A stretch of 64,000 nucleotides of DNA from Bryobacteraceae bacterium (lineage in GTDB: Bacteria > Acidobacteriota > Terriglobia > Bryobacterales > Bryobacteraceae): positions 2,164-66,163 of the forward strand of contig JBEKRO010000025.1 in the NCBI GenBank assembly GCA_049518655.1. Reading direction: 5' to 3'. Shown here in pieces: positions 17,598 through 26,382 of this stretch. Each line of letters opens with the position of its first letter. Position 1 is the first letter of the stretch. The position numbers and the translations under genes were made by a program. The notes beneath the pieces are model-generated. The model had not been told where the DNA came from and ran no database searches. It saw nothing but the letters and a program-made list of their open reading frames with translations.

Positions 17598-17851
17598 ACA
17601 GCCACATCCAGGATCTGGATGTTCGCGTCAGGCTCTTGTCCTTGCTCCCTCAGAACTTCGAGTACGCCGACGATAGCTTCCCGGATGTTGTCTTTGAGCT
17701 CCTCAATGGTGTCGCCTTGCGAATAACAGCCTGGTAGCGCAGGGACCTCGCCCCAAAAGCCGCCCTCGGGATCTTCGTGGATGACAACCGCATATGTCTG
17801 CACGCCTAAATTCTCCCACAACGGATTCTTGCTGCCACCTTGCCCGGACAA
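17594..17851 (-). CDS. hicB: HicB-family antitoxin (UPF0150-type)
   Basis: YAVVIHEDPEGGFWGEVPALPGCYSQGDTIEE motif. It sits upstream of hicA, so the order is hicB then hicA. Confidence 0.8.
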   Translation of the reverse strand: MSGQGGSKNPLWENLGVQTYAVVIHEDPEGGFWGEVPALPGCYSQGDTIEELKDNIREAIVGVLEVLREQGQEPDANIQILDVAV

Positions 17852-17855
17852 GTAT

Positions 17856-18881
17856 TCACTTTCCGTCTTTGGTCTGCGCCACAGCTTGCGCCAGAAAGTT
17901 CACTACCTGCGCTTCGTCGCGCGCCACCTCGTAGTACGCGGCGCGCAGTAGCTGGTCCTTGCGATTGATCAACGTTTCGCGGATGTTCTGCTGCACGCGC
18001 GGATCGGTCAGCTCACGCTGGCCGGCCGGCTCCTTGGAATAAATCTTGAATATGCGATAGCCCTCGGCCGTTTTCACCACCGGCGTCACCTGGCCCGCGG
18101 GCGCCGTTTGAATCACGGCCCGGATTTCCGTATTCGCCTTTTCTAGCGCCGATTCCGGCACAAATCCTAAATCTCCGCCATTCGGCGCGGTGGTGGGGTC
18201 TTCGGAAAAGTTCTGTGCCAGCGTCACGAAATCCTCGCCCTGCTTCAGCCGCGCCACCAGCATGTCCATTTTCTTGCGCGCCTGTTCGTCGTTTTGCGCC
18301 TTGTCGTTCTTCAAATTCCGCACGTTCGGGTCCGGCATCGGAGACACCAGGATTTGCGCCAGATGCACCTGCGGCTCCGGGAAATTGAAGCTGCTTTTGT
18401 TGGCGTTGTAGAAGTCGGTGACGTCTTTGTCGGAAATCGAAATGTGCGAGGTGATTTCTTTATTGAACAGCTTGGTGATGCTCAGGTCGCGCTTCAACTG
18501 CGCCTTCATGTCGTCCACCGTCATCTTGCGAGCATCCAGCTGCTTTTGAAATTCCTCCTGCGTGTACGGCGCTTTTAGCTCCGCGAATCTGGATTCCACG
18601 TCCGCGTCGGTGGCCATCAAACCCAGCTTCTCGGCGCGCTGCAGCATGATCTCGTTGTCCACCAGCGTGCGCAGCACTTCCAGCTTCTGAATCTCCATCT
18701 GATCGCTGCTGGGTTTTTCGCTGGACGACATGAACTGCGCTTGATACTGCTTGTCCAGGTCCGCGTAGGTGATGATGCGGCCGTTCACCGTGGCGGCGAC
18801 GTTATTAGACACGGCGTGCTTGCATCCGCACAGGCAGAACGCAAGCAGAGCGCAGGAGAGGGCGGGGAAAAGACGGGACAT
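17856..18881 (-). CDS. SurA-like peptidyl-prolyl isomerase lipoprotein (parvulin/PpiC type)
   Basis: Lipobox LCGC. SurA N-terminal-like helices. Parvulin motif GGDLGFVPE...AEGYRIFKI. Confidence 0.8.
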   Translation of the reverse strand: MSRLFPALSCALLAFCLCGCKHAVSNNVAATVNGRIITYADLDKQYQAQFMSSSEKPSSDQMEIQKLEVLRTLVDNEIMLQRAEKLGLMATDADVESRFAELKAPYTQEEFQKQLDARKMTVDDMKAQLKRDLSITKLFNKEITSHISISDKDVTDFYNANKSSFNFPEPQVHLAQILVSPMPDPNVRNLKNDKAQNDEQARKKMDMLVARLKQGEDFVTLAQNFSEDPTTAPNGGDLGFVPESALEKANTEIRAVIQTAPAGQVTPVVKTAEGYRIFKIYSKEPAGQRELTDPRVQQNIRETLINRKDQLLRAAYYEVARDEAQVVNFLAQAVAQTKDGK

Positions 18882-18975
18882 TCGTTGGATGACTCCATTC
18901 TACAGTCTCGGCGCCCGGAGGCGCGTGGCGCTGGGAAGCGCGCGGCGCTGGGAAGCACACTGCTACAATCCGCGC

Positions 18976-19785
18976 ATGAGACGTTGTCTCGCGTTGGCGA
19001 TTGCTTTTGCCGGTTTCCTTTTAGCCGCCGAACCCGCCCAGAACGATTTCCGCTTCTCGATCCTGGGTGATCGCACCGGCGACGCGCAGCCCGGAGTTTA
19101 CGAGCGTGTCTGGAATGAGATGAACGCGCTGCATCCCGACTTTGTCATCAACGTCGGGGACACCATCCAAGGCGGCAACGATGCCACCGCGGCCTCTGAG
19201 TGGCGCGCGATTAGCCCACTCTGGGCGCGTTATCGCTACACGATTTACTTTACGCCCGGCAATCACGACATCTGGTCGGCCGCATCCCACGCAATCTATG
19301 AACAACAAACCAGGCGTCCGGCGTTTTATGGCTTCAACTATCAAAAAGCGCACTTCACGGTGCTTGACAACAGCGACGCCCCCGACCTGAGCGGAGACTT
19401 GAGCGAAACACAGATGCAATTTCTGGCGCGCGATCTGGAGCAAAACCGCGATCGCGATCCGAAATTCGTCTTCTTCCACAAACCGTTCTGGCTCATCCCG
19501 GTGAAGTTGCAAAGCAGCCATTTTCCGTTTCATCAACTGATCGCGAAATATGGTGTGCGCCACGTGGTGAGCGGCCACGGACATCAGTATGTACATGCTG
19601 TGGAGGATGGTGTTACATATCTGGAAGCGCCCAGTTCGGGCGGGAAACTGAAAGGCCAGGGCTTCGCGCAGGGATGGTTTTACGGTCAGGTGCTCGTCAC
19701 AGTCAAGGGTTCAGCCGTGAGCCTGACTGTAAAGGAAATCGGCCCGCCGTTCGGTCAAGGCCGCAGCTTCCAACCAAAAGACTAG
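18976..19785 (+). CDS. calcineurin-like metallophosphoesterase
   Basis: Motifs ILGDRTGD, NVGDTIQGG, TPGNHD, SGHGHQY. ATG at 18976 gives the signal peptide MRRCLALAIAFAGFLLA. Confidence 0.8.
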   Translation: MRRCLALAIAFAGFLLAAEPAQNDFRFSILGDRTGDAQPGVYERVWNEMNALHPDFVINVGDTIQGGNDATAASEWRAISPLWARYRYTIYFTPGNHDIWSAASHAIYEQQTRRPAFYGFNYQKAHFTVLDNSDAPDLSGDLSETQMQFLARDLEQNRDRDPKFVFFHKPFWLIPVKLQSSHFPFHQLIAKYGVRHVVSGHGHQYVHAVEDGVTYLEAPSSGGKLKGQGFAQGWFYGQVLVTVKGSAVSLTVKEIGPPFGQGRSFQPKD

Positions 19786-19791
19786 CAGCGC

Positions 19792-20583
19792 CTATTTCTT
19801 TATGGGCACCGGCGGTGGCGGAGGCGGCGGTAGCGGCACAGCGTTGATATATCCGCGCGTTCCGTCTGGCCTGATGGGTCCAGGGCCGAATCCCAGGTGC
19901 TCCCGGTCTACGGGATTTTCGGCGCACGAGTATTCCGCAAGCTTGTCGCCCGGCGCCCCCGCTTCCCAGGTCCGCGAATAGGTAAACGGCTTGGTGTAGA
20001 ACTTCGGATCTTCGATGGTGGTTTCCACGTGGATATACTGCGCGTCGGGCCGCGTCCAACGCTCGATTACGTGTAGCGCATCGCTGTGAGGACTGCCGTT
20101 CTCGTCGGCCCACACCTGCGTATCTTTAAACCCGACGGAATCGATCACCAACGCATCGCCTTCCCAATGGCCCACTTCGTCGCCAAAGAACGACGGATCC
20201 GGGTCTTCCTGATGCTTGCGGCCGTCGGTGGGGATCAGCCGGTAATAGCTGTAGAAGTAGAGGAAAGCGACATATTGCGGAGTTTGTAGAACCATGAACG
20301 GCAGGCCGCTCGCATTGTGGCGCGGGATGCCACCGAGAATGCACAAACTCTCGGGATCGACGGTGGCCGTCGTGTTGTGCTTCCAGGCGGCTTCGCCAGC
20401 CGGCGTGAGAGGTAATTTAAGACCGGGAAGGTCCTTGGCAATATTACCTACGGGTTTGGTGTATTTCGTGCCTTTCCAATATCCGTTCAGATCCGGATGC
20501 CCGTCGGCGGTGCGAGGCGCCTGAGCCGAAACGGGCGCGCAGGCCATGGTCAAGACCGCGAAAATAGCCGCCAGGATTCGCAT
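19792..20583 (-). CDS. secreted conserved hypothetical protein with poly-Pro tail
   Basis: Signal peptide MRILAAIFAVLTMACAPVSAQ from ATG 20583. The C-terminus is PLPPPPPPPVPIKK. Confidence 0.6.
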   Translation of the reverse strand: MRILAAIFAVLTMACAPVSAQAPRTADGHPDLNGYWKGTKYTKPVGNIAKDLPGLKLPLTPAGEAAWKHNTTATVDPESLCILGGIPRHNASGLPFMVLQTPQYVAFLYFYSYYRLIPTDGRKHQEDPDPSFFGDEVGHWEGDALVIDSVGFKDTQVWADENGSPHSDALHVIERWTRPDAQYIHVETTIEDPKFYTKPFTYSRTWEAGAPGDKLAEYSCAENPVDREHLGFGPGPIRPDGTRGYINAVPLPPPPPPPVPIKK

Positions 20584-20639
20584 CTCGATGCTAGAGTATA
20601 TGAAGCGGTCCACCTTCGTCAATGAAACGGAGATAGCTC

Positions 20640-21056
20640 ATGGGAATCAAGCTCCAGGCGCTCCTTGTTCTCGCACTCTCGGCCAGCGTGTTGCCGATGG
20701 AAGCGCACCACTCCTTTGCCGCCGAATACGACGCAAGCAAAGCGGTGCGCATCACCGGAGTGATCAGCAAAGTGGAGTGGACCAATCCCCATTCCTACCT
20801 CTACATCGATGTGAAGGACGACCACGGTAACGCCATCGCCTGGACGTGCGAAGGCGGCGCCCCCAACGCGTTGTCGCGCCGGGGCTTCCGGAAAAACGAC
20901 ATCAAGCTGGGGGATACAGTCACCATCGATGGTTATGGAGCCAAGGACGGCTCGCACTTGATGGATGCGCGCCGCATTACGCTGACCGATGGCCGGTCGT
21001 TTTACAGCGGATCCCCGGGCGACGGCGGCCCTGGCGACCCCGGAAAAGAGCAGTGA
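20640..21056 (+). CDS. small secreted protein, DUF6152-like
   Basis: Signal peptide followed by the mature N-terminus HHSFAAEYD. The family name is from memory only. Confidence 0.55.
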   Translation: MGIKLQALLVLALSASVLPMEAHHSFAAEYDASKAVRITGVISKVEWTNPHSYLYIDVKDDHGNAIAWTCEGGAPNALSRRGFRKNDIKLGDTVTIDGYGAKDGSHLMDARRITLTDGRSFYSGSPGDGGPGDPGKEQ

Positions 21057-21075
21057 TCGGCCAACGGTTTCGAGG

Positions 21076-21498
21076 CTATGCCTCCACCAACTTTACGTGG
21101 CGCTGGCGGGAATAGCGAATCAACTGGGCGTCCTTGGTTAGGAGCGTTGCCCCCTGGACTCGGGCCGTCGCGACGAGCATGCGATCAGCCGGGTCGCCAT
21201 GCAATTCTCCGGGAAGATGTACGCTCTCAATCATGATCTCGGGCGTTAGCTGTGAAACCGCGATTCCAGGTTTACTCAAGGCCTGATCCACCCAAGTCCG
21301 AACGTTCATCGGTAGCGCGACGCGCCCGTGCTGTTCGAGCATCGCCAGCTCCCAAATTGAGATTACTGAAATGCGGAGCTTGCCTTCCGATTCCGCACTT
21401 CGGATCGCTTGTAGCGCCAATCGCGAGAAACGCTGGACGAGACCCAACTGGGCCCACAGCCAGCAATGCGTGTCTAGAAGTAGAAGATCGCTCGGCAT
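21076..21498 (-). CDS. vapC: PIN-domain toxin (VapC family)
   Basis: LLLDTHCWLW N-terminus, then ATARVQGATLLTKD near the C-terminus. Confidence 0.8.
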   Translation of the reverse strand: MPSDLLLLDTHCWLWAQLGLVQRFSRLALQAIRSAESEGKLRISVISIWELAMLEQHGRVALPMNVRTWVDQALSKPGIAVSQLTPEIMIESVHLPGELHGDPADRMLVATARVQGATLLTKDAQLIRYSRQRHVKLVEA

Positions 21499-21525
21499 CC
21501 GCCGCCCAGGTCACGAACACCTACG

Positions 21526-21768
21526 TCAAGCGTCGGCTTCCCACTTCACATGAATGGGCGCAATGATATCGCCGACAATTTCCATGGTGCCTTGCATGCT
21601 TCCGATGAAGCTTTCCGGACTTTCCTCCATGGGAACTAGCTTCGCAACTGGCTTGCCTCTCTTGGTGATGACCACCTGCTTGCGCTGTTGCTGCACCTCG
21701 TCAAGCACTTTGAGGCATGTGGCCTTAAACTCACCGGCGGGTAGCTTCTCGTCCATAACCATAGTCAT
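21526..21768 (-). CDS. Phd/YefM-type antitoxin
   Basis: FKATCLKVLDEVQQQRKQVVITKRGKPVAKLVP motif. It lies upstream of the PIN gene. Confidence 0.75.
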   Translation of the reverse strand: MTMVMDEKLPAGEFKATCLKVLDEVQQQRKQVVITKRGKPVAKLVPMEESPESFIGSMQGTMEIVGDIIAPIHVKWEADA

Positions 21769-21782
21769 GGTAGCATAGTCAT
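21760..21782. promoter_or_regulatory. direct repeat at the antitoxin start, candidate TA operator
   Basis: CATAGTCAT occurs at 21760-21768 and again at 21774-21782. The first copy contains the antitoxin start codon. Confidence 0.25.
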
Positions 21783-21975
21783 AGCTCGGTACAGGAATTC
21801 TCCAAATTTCTTCTTAGATGTTCTGGTCCTCCATGATCGCGTGCCTGTGCTATGATCCCAGTCAGTACCGCCCATCTGGCTAACCGTGCAGTACGACGCT
21901 CGAAAGACCTTGATAGCGTTGGAGTTTAGGCGCATTTGGCCGATCTATCCAGTATGTACCCGGGCTAGGAATAAC

Positions 21976-24369
21976 ATGATTACCCGGCGGGCCATAAGTA
22001 TCGCTGCACTTGCCCTGGCCGTAGTGTCCCTGGCCACGCCTCAAACCAAGCCCGCTCCCCCAACGAAAATCGTATCGACGAAAATCACGTTGGAACAGGC
22101 CGGCTCGCGAACCGGCCGCGATCGCGTGCCCGCTTACGAAGGCAAAGATGTCGTAGTCACCGGCCAAGTCTCCATCCGGCCAATCTGGATCGCCGATTCT
22201 TTCTACGTCGCCATTCAAGACGAGGCCCTGTTTGGGCTTGTTCTTCGGCCGGAAATTCCCCAGCTGCCGGACCTGACCCCTGGCGATTGGGTGGAAGCGC
22301 AGGGGACCATTTCCAAGAGGGCTGGCTTACCGATACTTGTGCCGCGCGCAATCCGGCGTCTGAGTCATCAGCCGCCCCCCGCTCCCAAAGCGGTAACTCC
22401 GCTCGACCTGGCGTCATTTCGCTACATGGGAGTGCTGGTCACGCTCGAAAGCATGATTGCCGGTGAGAATCAGAATGGCGGCGGGGATCTGCTCCAGATC
22501 GGCCAGCGAAATAACGATCTGAACGTGTTCCTGCCCCGGACGCGGCGAGATAGCGGCCCGAAGCTGAGCGGTTTCCGGACGGGTGATCGCATCCGCGTTA
22601 CCGGCATCGCCAGCCAATATTGCACGCTGCCGCCTTACGATCGATACTTCCAGATCCTGATCCCGAGCCCTGCTTCGATTGCCGTGGTCGAGCGGGGTTG
22701 GGTGATTCAACCTCCGGTACTGTTAGCCTCGCTCATTCTCGCGGTGGCGTTGGCGTGCATTTGGTGGTTCCGAGAACGGCGCATGGCGGCGCTTCGAAAA
22801 CAGATGCGGCTGCTCAATTCGCTGGGCGAGCAGGTGATTGGCGCCACTTCTTCCACTGAGATTCTGCGGCGGCTGATGCTGAATCTTCCCGCGCTGTCGG
22901 ACGCCACCGGGGTTGGCCTGTATATCCACAATCGCAGCACGAAAATGCTGGAAGGGGTCCACTCCAGCAACAGTGCGGTTGAGTCCATCGATCCGGAAGC
23001 CCCCTCCAGCTCCATGGCTTCGGGCATTGCGGCGTGTTTCCGCAACCATTTGATGATTTCCATTCCCGATGTCCGCCGTAGCGCGCACTTCCGGAAGGAA
23101 GATACCGTGGTGGCGCCGCGCTCGGTATTGCTGGTGCCGATGTTCGCGCAAAGCGAGCTGATGGGCGTGCTCGAGATTCACCACTCCAGCCACTTCCACT
23201 ATTTCGGCGAGGGTGAGCAGGCCGCGATGCAGCATCTGGCCAATCAGATTGCCACCGCGCTCAAGTTGCAGGAGCAGCACTCCATGCGGGAGCAGTTGTT
23301 CCGCAGCGAGAAGCTGGCGGCGGCCGGGCAGTTGATCTCTGACGTGGCCAATGAGCTGCGCTCGCCTTTGCAATCTATCGCGACGCTTGCCACCGCGCTG
23401 CTCTCGCGCAATGGCGATGCCTACCACACCGAACTGGAATCCATCACCACTGAGGCAAGCCGGGCCAATGAGATTGTTTCGCGGCTGGTTTCCTTCGCCA
23501 ATGTGGAGCAGGCGCAAGCCGAGCCCGTGGATCTGAATGCGATCCTTTCCGGATTGCTGAAGTTTCGCGCTCCCGAGTGGAAAGCCAAGGGCGTGGAAAT
23601 CAAATTCCAACTGGCGGTCAAGCGCGCCATCGTGCTCGGCTCGCCGGGCCAGCTCGAGCAGGTGTTGCTCAATCTCCTAGTGGACGCCGAAAAATCCGCC
23701 GCCGAGGCGCGCGACAAAATCATCACCGTTTCAAGCAGCCTGCTCGCCAAGCGCGTGCTGGTGGAGATTTCCTATCCGCTCCGCTCGCCCGACACGCGCG
23801 GCGATTCCACCGACGGCGATCACACCGGATCCGGTGCGCTCGGCCTGGGCGTTTGCCGCGGCATCATTGAGAGCCATGGCGGCGAGTTTCGCGTGGTCCG
23901 CACTTCGCCCGCGCAAGCTCGTTTTGACATTGAGCTGCCGGTGATCGAAGCCCGGCAAACAGGTCCGGGCGCTTCCGAATTATCCGAAGCCATCCGCCAG
24001 CTCACGGTTTTGGTAGTGGAGCCGGATAGCAAAGTGCAGCGCCAATTAGTGCAAATGCTGGGCAATCGTGGCGACCGTGTGGTTCCGGTCTCCAGCGCCG
24101 AGGAGGGGCTGGATATCGTCGACCGGCTGCGGTTCGACATGGTCATCTGCGCCGTCCGGCTGCCCAGTCTCAACTGGGTGGCGTTTTGCGAGCGCGTCCG
24201 CCTGCGTGTGGGTGGTTTCGTCCTGCTCACCGACGCGTTCAATAGCGATGTCGGCCGCGCCTTTCGCAACAGCGAAGGCTTCGTGCTCAGCAAGCCGGTG
24301 TGCGAGACGGATTTGCACCGCATCTGCCGCGCCGTGGAAGATCGCACCAGCCTCCTGATCCGGGAGTGA
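21976..24369 (+). CDS. hybrid sensor histidine kinase-like protein (periplasmic domain, TM, GAF, HisKA-like, HATPase-like, receiver-like) with degenerate catalytic residues
   Basis: ATG at 21976 gives a signal/TM segment. Second TM is VLLASLILAVALACIWWF. The GAF-like region includes LLVPMFAQSELMGVLEI. Dimerisation box SDVANELRSPL. GSGALGLGVCRGIIESHGGEF. C-terminal receiver-like fold. Confidence 0.8.
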   Translation: MITRRAISIAALALAVVSLATPQTKPAPPTKIVSTKITLEQAGSRTGRDRVPAYEGKDVVVTGQVSIRPIWIADSFYVAIQDEALFGLVLRPEIPQLPDLTPGDWVEAQGTISKRAGLPILVPRAIRRLSHQPPPAPKAVTPLDLASFRYMGVLVTLESMIAGENQNGGGDLLQIGQRNNDLNVFLPRTRRDSGPKLSGFRTGDRIRVTGIASQYCTLPPYDRYFQILIPSPASIAVVERGWVIQPPVLLASLILAVALACIWWFRERRMAALRKQMRLLNSLGEQVIGATSSTEILRRLMLNLPALSDATGVGLYIHNRSTKMLEGVHSSNSAVESIDPEAPSSSMASGIAACFRNHLMISIPDVRRSAHFRKEDTVVAPRSVLLVPMFAQSELMGVLEIHHSSHFHYFGEGEQAAMQHLANQIATALKLQEQHSMREQLFRSEKLAAAGQLISDVANELRSPLQSIATLATALLSRNGDAYHTELESITTEASRANEIVSRLVSFANVEQAQAEPVDLNAILSGLLKFRAPEWKAKGVEIKFQLAVKRAIVLGSPGQLEQVLLNLLVDAEKSAAEARDKIITVSSSLLAKRVLVEISYPLRSPDTRGDSTDGDHTGSGALGLGVCRGIIESHGGEFRVVRTSPAQARFDIELPVIEARQTGPGASELSEAIRQLTVLVVEPDSKVQRQLVQMLGNRGDRVVPVSSAEEGLDIVDRLRFDMVICAVRLPSLNWVAFCERVRLRVGGFVLLTDAFNSDVGRAFRNSEGFVLSKPVCETDLHRICRAVEDRTSLLIRE

Positions 24370-24371
24370 GC

Positions 24372-25349
24372 ATGCTGTTTCCGGCTTCTTACGATCGGAC
24401 TACCAAGATCATTTCCGGCTTATTCTGTTTCGGTCTCCTGGCCGTGGTCTTTGCTCTTCATAACGTGGTCTGTGACTTCCTGTGCCTTTTGATTCTCGTG
24501 GCGTCGTTGGCGTTCTCCCCGCGCGGCTATGTCATCGAGGGCCAAACGATTTTGGTGAAGCGCCTGGCCGGAAATGTCCGCATAGCGCTCGCAGGCGTTC
24601 GCGAAGTTCGAAGAGCGACGCCCGACGATTTCCGCGCCTGCATTCGCCTTTGGGGCGGCGGCGGCCTGTTCGGCTACTACGGCCTGTTCAGCACCGCGAA
24701 GCTCGGCAAATCCACCTGGTACGTTACCAATCGAAAGAATTGCGTGGTCGTGATCGCCGCTGCGAAGACAGTGTTGTTCAGCCCGGACCACCCCGACGGA
24801 TTCCTGGCTGCGATCCAAGCCGCGGCGACCATCCATGAATCGTACCCAATGCCGCAAGCGGCGCGGTCGCAGCCCTTCGGATCAATGGGGAAACTGATTG
24901 TTGCCGCCGTGGCGATCGCGGCCATGGGCTTGGGATTTGTCGCCTTTAACTATTCGCCCGGCGCTCCCAGCTATACCTTGACGCCGGAAACTCTCGTCAT
25001 TCACGACCGTCTCTATCCGGTGACGTTACACGCATCCAGCGTCGACATCGATCAGGTTCGCATCGTCGATCTCACCCAGGACGCCGAGTGGCGTCCCACC
25101 GTCCGCACCAACGGCTTCGCCAATGCGCACTATCGATCGGGCTGGTTCCGCGTGGCGAGCGGTCAGAAGGTGCGCCTGTATCAGGCCAATAGCCCGATCA
25201 TAGTGCTTCTGCCACCCAAAGGCGACGGCGCGCCAGTCCTCTATCAGGCGGCGGACCCGGAGAAGTTCGTCGAGGAAGTCCGGACGGCCTGGAACGCTTC
25301 AGCGCGAACCAACCCAAAAGCGGGAAAATGGATTCACTATGCGCTTTAA
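24372..25349 (+). CDS. membrane protein with two bacterial PH-like domains
   Basis: ATG lies 2 nt after the kinase stop. Two TM hairpins, each followed by about 100 aa of beta-rich domain. Confidence 0.55.
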   Translation: MLFPASYDRTTKIISGLFCFGLLAVVFALHNVVCDFLCLLILVASLAFSPRGYVIEGQTILVKRLAGNVRIALAGVREVRRATPDDFRACIRLWGGGGLFGYYGLFSTAKLGKSTWYVTNRKNCVVVIAAAKTVLFSPDHPDGFLAAIQAAATIHESYPMPQAARSQPFGSMGKLIVAAVAIAAMGLGFVAFNYSPGAPSYTLTPETLVIHDRLYPVTLHASSVDIDQVRIVDLTQDAEWRPTVRTNGFANAHYRSGWFRVASGQKVRLYQANSPIIVLLPPKGDGAPVLYQAADPEKFVEEVRTAWNASARTNPKAGKWIHYAL

Positions 25350-25809
25350 GATCGCCCTCGCGTTTATGGTCGTGGGCTGCGTGTTCGCCGCCGACAAATA
25401 CAGCGGCCCCGTGCCACCCAAGCCCGACATTCCCTACCTGTTGCATGCCTCCTCCCTGGTTGAAACCGAAGTGGCCGACGCCCGGGAAGGCAAAAAGAGT
25501 GACACCTATACTATCTCCGGTGCATCTTCTCCGGCCAGAACCCCGCTCGCCGAGCCAATCTTCATCATTGATGCGCAAAAGATCCAGCCCGAGACTTTCG
25601 AGTTGTACCGTTTGGACGTGAAAGGCGGCAATCGCGAAGTCTCGTTGGGCAACAACCGCCGGCGCGGCGGATCGCACGCGCTGCATCTCGCGGTTAAGCC
25701 TCTCGGCGGCCATCTCTACCGCGTCGAAGTGGACGAAGCCCTCGACAACGGAGAGTATGCTCTTTCGCCCAGCAACGATAATCGTGCTTACTGTTTTGAG
25801 ATCTACTGA
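25339..25809 (+). CDS. secreted hypothetical protein
   Basis: Signal peptide MRFKIALAFMVVGCVFA. Overlaps the upstream gene by 11 nt. Confidence 0.55.
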   Translation: MRFKIALAFMVVGCVFAADKYSGPVPPKPDIPYLLHASSLVETEVADAREGKKSDTYTISGASSPARTPLAEPIFIIDAQKIQPETFELYRLDVKGGNREVSLGNNRRRGGSHALHLAVKPLGGHLYRVEVDEALDNGEYALSPSNDNRAYCFEIY

Positions 25810-25812
25810 GTT

Positions 25813-26361
25813 TTGAGATCATCCGATCGCGTCCCCTATCTCGTAACGCAAGCGGCCGCCCCCTACGATGGGCTGCGCCCGGTGCCGGTTTCCATCTTGC
25901 TCCATAACGTCCGCAGCCTGTACAACGTCGGCGCGTTCTTCCGCTCGGCGGACGCCGCGGGCTGCGACAAGTTGTATTTATCCGGAATCACCGGTCGTCC
26001 GCCGCATACCGGCATCGCCAAGACCGCGCTGGGCGCCGAAGAAACCGTCGCTTGGGAGCATCACGCCGACCCCGCCGCTCTTATCGTGCGTCTCCGCCAG
26101 CTAGGCCACGAAATCGCCGCCGTCGAAACCAGCGTTCACGCCACGGACTTGTATGATTGGCAGCCCCGCTTCCCGGTTTGCGTTCTGTTCGGGCACGAAG
26201 TGGATGGCTTGGCCGAGCCGCTGCTGGCTTTGTGCGATACCTACGTGCGCATTCCCATGCTCGGCCGCAAGCATTCGCTGAATGTCGCCACCGCCGGCGG
26301 CGTCGTGATCTACGAACTGCTGCGGAAATACCGTGTCTTGCTCGAGAACGCCGGACGGTGA
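25813..26361 (+). CDS. SpoU/TrmH-family RNA 2'-O-methyltransferase
   Basis: Motifs NVGAFFRSADAAG, FGHEVDGL, IPMLGRKHSLNVATAGGVVIYEL. TTG start. Confidence 0.8.
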   Translation: MRSSDRVPYLVTQAAAPYDGLRPVPVSILLHNVRSLYNVGAFFRSADAAGCDKLYLSGITGRPPHTGIAKTALGAEETVAWEHHADPAALIVRLRQLGHEIAAVETSVHATDLYDWQPRFPVCVLFGHEVDGLAEPLLALCDTYVRIPMLGRKHSLNVATAGGVVIYELLRKYRVLLENAGR

Positions 26362-26382
26362 TCTAGGTCCACGACCGTGTGT

